Shown here one piece after another: positions 9,055 through 18,296 of a stretch of DNA of 32,000 bases. The stretch is from an uncultured Acidobacteriota bacterium (GTDB taxonomy: Bacteria > Acidobacteriota > Vicinamibacteria > Vicinamibacterales > CAVVIG01), in the NCBI GenBank assembly GCA_963697745.1, contig CAVOPD010000018.1, positions 229,515 through 261,514 of the forward strand, read 5' to 3'. The position numbers and the translations under genes were made by a program. The notes beneath the pieces are model-generated. The model searched no databases and was not told where the DNA came from. It saw only the letters and a program-made list of their open reading frames with translations. Position 1 is the first letter of the stretch. Each line of letters opens with the position of its first letter.

Positions 9055-10686
9055 ATGGCCTCACAGAACACAACGACTTCGACTACATCGTCATTGGCAG
9101 CGGCATCGGCGGCTGCGTGGTGGCGAGCCGCCTCTCGGAGAATCCCGCTGTCCGGGTGCTGCTGCTCGAAGCCGGGCCGAGAAGACAACGATTCCGATAT
9201 CCACGCGACCGAACTGACGTCGCTGTTCGCGGTCTGGAGCAAGCCGCAGTTCGACTGGGGACTGAGCACGGTGGAGGAACCCGGACTCGACGGCCGCAAG
9301 ATGCCGATCATCCAGGGCAAGGTCGCCGGCGGCGGCTCGTCGCTGCATGGCCGCATCTTCATCCGCGGCCATCGCCGCGACTTCGATCACTGGAATTACA
9401 TGGGCAACGAAGGCTGGGCGCTTCGACCAGGTGCTCCCGTACTTCAAGAAACTCGAAGACTACATGGGGCCCGCCGTCCGACTACCGCGGCGTCGGCGGG
9501 CCGATGCCAGTCATGGATCTGCCCGAGAACGTCGCAGCGTCGCGTCGCAGGCGTTCGTCGTCGGGCGTGAAGCGAACTCGGGTTCGAGAGCGACTGGGAC
9601 TTCAACGGCGCCGAAGCAGGAAGGTGGCGCCGGCTTCATCCAGACCACGACGACCACGGGACTTCAAGCGCGCGAGCGCGTTACCGCCGTACATCGATCC
9701 GCACGTCGGCAGGCGGAAGAACCTGACGGTTCAGTTCGAAAGCTTCGCGACGAGGCTCCTGTTCGAAGGCAAACGCGCCGTCGGCGTGGAGTACCTGCGC
9801 AACGGGAAGTCGGCCCAGGTGCGCGCGACGTCCGAAGTGGTGGTCAGCATGGGACCGCTGAACACACCGAAGCTGTTGATGCAGTCGGGCATCGGCCCGG
9901 CCGATCAGCTGAAGCAGTTCGATATTCCGGTGCTCGCCAACCTCACCGGACGTCGGCGAGAACCTGCAGGATCATCTGAACGTGCGGATGTGCTGGGCGT
10001 CGCCGGTGCAGCAGCAGATCCCGATGGTCATCTGCGAGAGCTCGATGTTCACGTTCACGCGCGACGGCGTGCCGAATGCCTCGCCCGACCTGCAGCTCTT
10101 CTTCGGCGGCTTCGCGTTCCCGGGCCTCGGCGCCGACTTCAACAAGGGCTTCGCGCTGGTGCCAGTCGTCTGTCGTCCGCAGAGCGTCGGTCGTGTGTGG
10201 CTGAAATCGGCGAATCCGACGGACTCGCTCAACATCCAGACCAACTACCTGACCGCCGACTACGACATGAAGGTGCTGCTCGCCGGCATCTGCGCCTGGG
10301 CCGCGAGATCGTGGCCGACCAAGGCGTTCGACGACATCCGCGGCGCCGAACTGATTCCGGGACCGAGATCGGCGACGATGAGCAGAAGCTGCGGAAGTAC
10401 GTCCGCGACACGTGCATCACCGACTGGCACCCGTCCGGCACCTGCGCACATGGGGCTGAGCAGCGAGGCGGTCGTGGATTCGCGTCTGCGCGTCTACGGC
10501 GTGGACGGCCTGCGCGTGGTGGACGCGTCCGTGATGCCGTCGGTCGTCAGCGGCAACCTTCAGGCGTCGATCTTCATGATCGGTGAGAAGGCGGCGGACA
10601 TGATCAAGGAGGATGCCGCCGGAATCACGAGACCGCCGGTGTTCCATCACGAGATGCACGCCCACATTCAGGCGGCGGGGGTGTAG
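9055..10686 (+). pseudogene. GMC family (choline-dehydrogenase-like) FAD oxidoreductase, at least 10 frameshifts as assembled
   Basis: ATG 9055 with GAAGGAG at 9043-9049. Family blocks are spread over three plus frames: DFDYIVIGSGIGGCVVASRLSENPAVRVLLLEAGP (FAD GxGxxG); IHATELTSLFAVWSKPQFDWGLSTVEEPGLDGRKMPIIQGKVAGGGSSLHGRIFIRGHRRDFDHWNYMGNEGWA; FDQVLPYFKKLEDY; DYRGVGGPMPV; KQEGGAGFIQTTT; NLTVQFESFATRLLFEGKRAVGVEYLRNGK...VVVSMGPLNTPKLLMQSGIGP; VGENLQDHL; [18 protein letters not shown]; [20 protein letters not shown]; [48 protein letters not shown]. Stop TAG 10684-10686. Confidence 0.85.
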
Positions 10687-10702
10687 AAGGAATACAAACG
10701 CG

Positions 10703-10860
10703 TAATGCACGGAATGCACGAATGCCGGAATGCACGAACGCACGAATGCACGAATGCGGAAGAACGCGGACAGACGCTGGAATGCGCGAAGGCAAGACCA
10801 AGACGAGGTCAGAAGGCAGAAAGACAGGAACGCAGGAAGCCGACAGGCAAGGCACGGCAG
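10703..10860. repeat. degenerate ~8-nt tandem repeat (GAATGCAC-like) grading into a T-poor purine-rich tract
   Basis: taatgcac g gaatgcac gaatgcc g gaatgcac gaacgcac gaatgcac gaatgcg gaagaacgcg gacagacgc..., followed by gaaggcaagaccaagacgaggtcagaaggcagaaagacaggaacgcaggaagccgacaggcaaggcacggcag. Only about 3 T in the last ~115 nt of the plus strand. Confidence 0.6.
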
Positions 10861-10861
10861 A

Positions 10862-10900
10862 AGGGCAGGGGTGCTTCGCACCGCCTGCCCTCTCTTTTTA
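10862..10900 (+). terminator. probable intrinsic terminator ~180 nt downstream of the GMC gene
   Basis: AGGGCAGG-GGTGC ttc GCACCgCCTGCCCT (13-bp stem with a 1-nt bulge), followed by CTCTTTTTATCTGCTTTCC. Confidence 0.55.
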
Positions 10901-10944
10901 TCTGCTTTCCTTGTGCTTCTTGGTTACTTTGGCTAGCTCATGGC

Positions 10945-11009
10945 TACGCCCATAGCCCATACGCGCCATCGCCCATCGCCCATCGCCTGAAGGCCTGAGG
11001 CCTGAAGCC
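10945..11009. repeat. two adjacent short tandem repeats (CGCCCAT-like heptamers, then TGARGCC x3)
   Basis: ctacgcccat agcccat acgcgccat cgcccat cgcccat cgcc, then tgaaggcc tgaggcc tgaagcc. Lies immediately 3' of the stop of the NmrA-like gene on the opposite strand. Confidence 0.6.
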
Positions 11010-11019
11010 CGGAGTCCTC

Positions 11020-11868
11020 CTACTGGAACGCGGCGATATTCGACTGCACCCACTGCGCGAAGGTGCGCGGTTCCTTGCCAGTGAGCTGCTTGACGCCGTC
11101 GGCTGGTTCGATGCGGCCCATCGGGCGAATCCCCTGAATGAAGTCCATCATCGCGTCGACGTCCTGCACGGGCCAGCCCATGCCGAGCATGGAGTCGCGG
11201 GCGGCGCTGTCCGGGACGTTCACGTAGGTGAGCGGCCGGCCGAGTGCGGCCGCAATGGCCTGGACCTGCTGATCGGTGGTGATGGCGGCCGGACCACTGA
11301 GATCGTAGGCCTTGCCCTCGTGACCAGGGGTGGTCAGCACGACTGCCGCTGCCGCGGCAATATCGGTCGGATCGATGACCGGCAGCGCCGTCTCGCCGAG
11401 CGCACCGTAAACCGTGTTCTGCGCTTTTATGGTCGGGGTCCAGCCGAGCGCGTTGGTGGCAAAGGCGGCGTTCCGCAGGAACACGTACGGGAGGCCCGAG
11501 GCTTCGAGGCGTTCCTCACCGGCGCGGTGCCAACGTCCCATTTCGACCGCCTTCCACTGAGCCCCGGCGATGGAGTGCTTCACGACCAGTTCGAGTCTGG
11601 CTTCTTTCGCCGCGTCGATGGCGTTGGCTTCATGCTTCGGCAAATCGTGCCCGGCCGACAGCAGGTACATCTTCGAGACGCCCCGCATCGCCTGCCGCAG
11701 GGAATCGACATCATTGAAGTCGCCCTCGGCGACCTCCACTTCGGAACCAAACTTCGTGCGCTCGCCTTTGCGTGTGAACGCGCGCACCGACTGTCCAAGC
11801 TCGGCCAGTCGCTGCACCAGCCGGGATCCGACGTTACCGGTGGATCCCGTCACAAGAATCTTCGACAT
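11020..11868 (-). CDS. NmrA-like / atypical SDR NAD(P)-binding protein
   Basis: ATG 11868, preceded by GAGGAGGGGTTG (the track's 11871 start is that TTG). MSKILVTGSTGNVGSRLVQRLAELGQSVRAFTR... with the Rossmann motif GSTGNVG and GKAYDLSGPAAIT. Intact frame to TAG 11020-11022. Confidence 0.8.
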   Translation of the reverse strand: MSKILVTGSTGNVGSRLVQRLAELGQSVRAFTRKGERTKFGSEVEVAEGDFNDVDSLRQAMRGVSKMYLLSAGHDLPKHEANAIDAAKEARLELVVKHSIAGAQWKAVEMGRWHRAGEERLEASGLPYVFLRNAAFATNALGWTPTIKAQNTVYGALGETALPVIDPTDIAAAAAVVLTTPGHEGKAYDLSGPAAITTDQQVQAIAAALGRPLTYVNVPDSAARDSMLGMGWPVQDVDAMMDFIQGIRPMGRIEPADGVKQLTGKEPRTFAQWVQSNIAAFQ

Positions 11869-12236
11869 CAACCCCTCCTCGGAAATGCCGCGTCACGGGA
11901 GGCGCGCAACTCGACAATTCTGTCGCGCGCCACGATCAACGGCCGTCCGAGAATACCCCACGTATGTTGCGCGGCTGTCACGTCGGAACAAATTCACTTC
12001 GTGCTAAAGTCCAACTTCGCTTTAGCCGAAACAGACGGTGCTTCGCCTGCGCGCGTAACGGGTCGAAGAACGAAACGTTCGAGCACTGCCGTCGCGCCGC
12101 TCGGTCTATGTCCACTCTTCAGCCTCGAGGACTCCCCGCGACGCGTAACCCGATGTTCTGACGCGAATCACCCTGATGGCGTCGTGGCGTCTCCGACGCG
12201 CGAGTACGGATCGACGATGGTGGGAGAACACAAGGA

Positions 12237-14394
<2,158 letters not shown>

Positions 14395-14431
14395 TCCGCA
14401 TCGCAGCTACAGCACAAGGAGCGTCAACACT

Positions 14432-16664
14432 ATGGACGTGAAGAATTCGCTTTCGGACACGACAGTAGGAACAGGGTTCGCGTTCTCGGACACGATTGCC
14501 GGGTACGTCTCCGGCGTTGATACAGACCGCAACGGATTCCGCGTCACCACGTCGGACGGCCGGGAATTCCCGGTCCGGTTCTCGGCCGCCTGCTACGCGG
14601 AACTCGCGCGCAACCTCGGGCGAGTCGTACATCGACTGCACGGGCCAGATGCGCGACATGCTGCAGCCCGGGCCGCTTCCTCTACGCCTACGGCGTGTTC
14701 TATCCCGACGTGGCGCAGGGGCTCGAAGCCGAGCACGTCATCTTCGTCGGCCGCGGCCCGACCGAGTTCGTGTTCGAGAAGCCGGACTGGTGGGTCCACC
14801 AGATCCAGGAACTCGGCAACTTCTACTTCCGCGCGCAGTTCGGCGACGGTCCCGTCGACTATCGGAACTACCGCACGATGCTGGACCTCTATGGGCGCAA
14901 GATCGAGGCGACGCGGCAGGAAACCGACACCATCTCGCGCCTGATCTTCGGCTTCGCCTCCGCCTACCTGCTCACCGGCGACGAGCGGTTCCTGACCGCG
15001 GCCGAAAAGGGCAGCGACTACCTGCGCGAGCACTTCTGTGCGGTCGACACGGCGGAGGACACCTGCTACTGGTACCACGCGGTGGACTTCGCCGAAGCCA
15101 AGGGACGGAAGGTGCTCGGCTCGAAGATGGCCGAGATTCCCGGCATGCGTCGTTCCGGCCAGGCCTCCTCGCGCGAGCGGAAGATGCTGTCGTCGGAGTT
15201 CGGCGACGACTGGGATGCCATCCCCGCCTACGAGCAGATCTACGCGCTCGCCGGCCCCACGCAGACCTACCGCATCACCGGCGATCCGAAGATCCGCAAG
15301 GACATCGATCGCACGCTGAACATGTTCAACAAGTACTACCGCGACTACGAACAGGGCGGCTACTTCTCGCACATCGACCCGGTCACCTTCAATCCGAAGG
15401 CCGATTCGCTGGGCCGCAACCGCGGTCGCAAGAACTGGAACTCGGTGGGCGACCACGCGCCCGCGTACCTGATCAACCTGGTGCTCGCCACCGGCGAGGC
15501 GGCAGCACGAGGAGATGCTGATCGACACGGCGACCACGATCGCGACCAGGCTTCCCCGATTACGACAACAGCGCCTTCGTCCAGGAGAAGTTCCACGAGG
15601 ACTGGAGCCCCGACCGCGAATGGGGCTGGCAGCAGAACCGCGCGGTGGTGGGCCACAACCTGAAGATCGCGTGGAACCTGATGCGCATCCAGCATCTCAA
15701 GGCGGACGATCGCTACGTCGCGCTGGCGGAGAAGATCGCCGGGCTGATGCCCAAGCACGGCGGCGATCCGCAGCGCGGCGGCTGGTACGACGTCGTGGAG
15801 CGCGCGCTCCCGCCTGGACAGAGCGTGCACCGCTTCGCGTTCCACGATCGCAAGGCGTGGTGGCAGCAGGAGCAGGGCATCCTCGCGTACCTGATCCTCC
15901 ACGGCTCGCTCAAGAAGCCGGAGTACCTGAAGCACGCGCGCGAGTCGTCGGCGTTCTACAGCACGTTCTTCCTCGATCACGATTCGGGCGCGGTGTACTT
16001 CAACGTGCTCGCCAACGGCATGCCGTACCTGCTCGGCACCGAGCGGAACAAGGGCAGCCACTCGATGAGCGGTTACCACTCGTTCGAGCTGTGCTACCTG
16101 GCGGCGGTGTACACCAACCTGCTGATCACCAAGCAGCCGCTCGACATGCACTTCAAGCCGAAGCCGGGCGCGTTCAAGGACAACATCCTGCGCGTCGCGC
16201 CGGACATCCTGCCCAAGGGCAGCATCAAGATCGAGTCGGTCACCGTGGACGGCAAGGACTACACGGATTTCGACGCCGATGCGCTCACCGTCACCATCCC
16301 GCAGGCGGACGAGGCGGTGAAGATCGTCGTCCGCATCGCGCCGACCGAGGGTCTGTCGCACTTCTCGGCTCACGTCAAGGTGGACAAGAACGTGGCGACG
16401 CTCACGCTCGTCGGTGATGCCGACCACGTGTCGTTGCCGTACCTCCAGTCGGCGCTGCAGGAAGTGATCGCCGCGCAGCCCAACTCGCTGGTCATTCGCG
16501 CCAAGGATCTCAAGACGTTGTCGCCGGCCGCCGTACGCGCGCTCATCTTCGGCAAGCAGAAGCTGCGGACGGATGAGGACGTCGAGGTGATCGGCGCCAA
16601 CCAGACGGTGAAGGACGCGCTGAACGCGAGCGAGTTCGGCGAAAGCATCAGCTTCTCCAAGTAG
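14432..16664 (+). pseudogene. AGE-superfamily (N-acylglucosamine 2-epimerase-like, alpha/alpha6 barrel) protein with beta-sandwich and STAS-like C-terminal extension, about 4 frameshifts as assembled
   Basis: ATG 14432. Plus-strand frames run a, b, c, a, b (a = frame of ORF 14432, b = frame of ORFs 14496 and 15645, c = frame of ORF 14695). Changes lie near 14630, 14680, 15505 and 15560. Segments: ..AELARNLG; ESYIDCTGQMRDMLQPG; RFLYAYGVFYPDVAQG...TDTISRLIFGFASAYLLTGDERFL...GGYFSHIDP...WNSVGDHAPAYLINLVLATGE; EMLIDTATTIATR; FPDYDNSAFVQEKFHEDW...VVGHNLKIAWNLMRI...GGWYDVV...KAWWQQEQGILAYL...KGSHSMSGYHSFELCYLAAV. The last ~100 aa (VATLTLVGDADHVSLPYLQSALQEVIAAQPNSLVIRAKDLKTLSPAAVRALIFGKQKL..DVEVIGANQTVKDAL) look STAS/anti-sigma-antagonist-like. 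Confidence 0.7.
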
Positions 16665-16690
16665 CCGTCGCCGACGTTTCAACGCGACAC

Positions 16691-16730
16691 GAAGGCCGCC
16701 GGGCGCCAGCCGGCGGCCTTCTTTCGTTTC
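16691..16730 (+). terminator. intrinsic terminator after the AGE-like gene
   Basis: GAAGGCCGCCGG gcgccag CCGGCGGCCTTC: perfect 12-bp stem, followed by TTTCGTTTC. Confidence 0.75.
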
Positions 16731-16731
16731 G

Positions 16732-18192
16732 ATGCGCTATGATCTGAAACGCTTCCCTTTCCAGATGGCGCACGACGTATTCATCAGCTACGCATCCAGA
16801 GACAAGGTCGCCGCGGATGCAATCTGCGACGGCCTCGAGCGACGCGGTATCCGGTGCTGGATCGCGCCGCGCGATATCGTCCCCGGGGTCCCGTGGGCGG
16901 AGTCGATCATCGACGCCATCGAAGGATCGGGCGTGATGCTCCTCATCTTCAGCGATGCGTCGAACAAATCGGTGCAGGTGCAGCGCGAGGTCGAGCGGGC
17001 CGTGCACAAGGCGGTCGCCCTCGTCCCGCTGCGCATCGAGAACGTGATGCCGACGCGGACGATGGAGTATTTCATCAGCTCGCAGCACTGGTTCGACGCC
17101 ATCCAGCCGCCGATCGAGCAGCACCTCGAACGCCTGGTTCAGGGGATCACGGCACACCTGGTGCGCCGCTCCAGCAATGCACCATCGGTGTCACCGGCGC
17201 CCGCAGCCAGCGGGCCGGCCGCTGCAGTTCCCGAGAGGCCCGCCGCTCCGGTGTCCGGCGCCGTCGCCCCGCCGATACCGGTGCCCGCGTCTACGCCGAC
17301 CTCCGCGCCGGCGCCGACCCCGCCCCTGCCGATCTGCCGCCGGATGAACCGTTCGTCATCGGAAGCTACGAACTGGGGCGGGTCATCGCCACCGGGCGGT
17401 TCGGCAGCGTGGTCTACGCCGGCACGCATCGGCTGCTCGGGAGTCCAGTGGCGGTTCGGGTGTACCGGCCGACCGAAAAGGACAACAAGGAAGCCGTTCG
17501 CGCCAGATTTCTGCGTGAGGCGCGGGCGCTGCAGGTGGTCCATCCGAACATCATCCACGTCCGCGACTTCGGCGAGACCAGCGAGTTGATGTACGTGGTG
17601 ACCGATCTGCTGGCGGGAGTCAGCCTCGGGGAACTGGTGCGCACTGGACGGGCGCCTCGCGATCGACAAGCTGAATCAGTTCGTCAGGGAACTGAGCGAC
17701 GCCACCGCTGCCGTTCACGCGCACGGCGGGTTCATCTCGGGACTGCACCCGGAAATCGTGCGTGTGGTTCGGGAGAAAACCGAGCGCCTGGCGATCTCGT
17801 CAGCCGGCATTGGCGGCATGCAGGATCTGCTCGCCACCATGAACGAGGCGACGTTGCGCGGCCAGGTCGCGCCGAACGAGTTGTCCTACGTCGCGCCGGA
17901 ACTGCTCATGGGCAACGCCGCCGATCAGCGCGCCGATGTCTTCACGATCGGCGCGTTGATGTACTACATGGCCACGGGCCGGCCCCCATACGTGGCGGAG
18001 TCGTTCCCGCAATTGCTCGGACGGATGCTCAGCACCAAGCCACCCGACGTGGGCGTCGAGCGGCCCGACCTGGGTGCCGAGGGTGCCGCCACGATCATGC
18101 GCTGCATCACCGCGGACGCGCAGCTGCGGTTCGAAACCGCGGCCGACGTGTCAAAGGCGTGGCTCACGGCCGTCCCCACGGCTGCGCCGTAG
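16732..18192 (+). pseudogene. TIR domain - Pro/Ala-rich linker - degenerate Ser/Thr protein-kinase-like domain fusion, two compensating frameshifts as assembled
   Basis: TIR: (MRYDLKRFPFQ)MAHDVFISYASRDKVAADAICDGLERRGIRCWIAPRDIVPG..WAESIIDAIEGSGVMLLIFSDASNKSVQVQREVERAV. The linker is SPAPAASGPAAAVPERPAAP.... The kinase N-lobe sits in a second frame from ~17320 to ~17650 (YELGRVIATGRFGSVVYAG..VAVRVY...FLREARALQVVHPNIIHVRDFGE..MYVVTDLLAG). The C-lobe returns to the first frame (LNQFVRELSDATAAVHAHGGFISGLHPEIVRV...LAISSAGIGG...SYVAPELLMG...DVFTIGALMYYMATGRPPY), ending at TAG 18190-18192. Alternative start ATG 16765. Confidence 0.75.
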
Positions 18193-18236
18193 TCATCAGT
18201 CACAAGTTATCAGTCGCAAGTCGCAAGGCAACAGCC

Positions 18237-18280
18237 GCGCACGTGTGCCCTCCTGCATTTCGTGCGCTTCTGCGCTTTCT
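18237..18280 (+). terminator. weak candidate terminator in the convergent intergenic gap
   Basis: GCGCACG (18237-18243) pairs with CGTGCGC (18261-18267) across a 17-nt loop, followed by TTCTGCGCTTTCT. The large loop makes this weak. Confidence 0.3.
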
Positions 18281-18296
18281 GCCTTGACTGCGGTTC

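Noticed and set aside
4550-10686. Programmed ribosomal frameshifting or recoding as the explanation for broken genes
   Set aside because: There are far too many events per gene (up to 15 or more). They go in both directions and lack recurrent slippery heptamers or downstream structures. They affect unrelated genes.
10821-10935. Extended long hairpin pairing the purine-rich arm (10821-10861) with the pyrimidine-rich arm (10892-10935) around the terminator stem
   Set aside because: Only scattered 5-bp matches (GCAGA/TCTGC, CAAGG/CCTTG, GAAGC/GCTTC) separated by very asymmetric internal loops. This is not convincing without a folding calculation.
10703-11009. Possible CRISPR array, or coding potential in small ORFs 10705..10998 +, 10722..10955 +, 10730..10936 +, 10417..10881 -, 10625..10855 -
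   Set aside because: The repeat period is only ~7-8 nt, with no spacers of 25-40 nt and no cas genes, so this is not a CRISPR array. The small ORFs merely translate the repeats in different frames (e.g. HECTNA / NARMHE strings) and have no RBS or start context.
12004-12027. Hairpin GCTAAAG-n10-CTTTAGC in the 365-nt NmrA/glgX divergent spacer as a riboswitch or sRNA
   Set aside because: A 7-bp AT-containing stem with no flanking conserved motif that I recognise. It is insufficient to call any regulatory RNA. No clear -35/-10 pairs were found there either.
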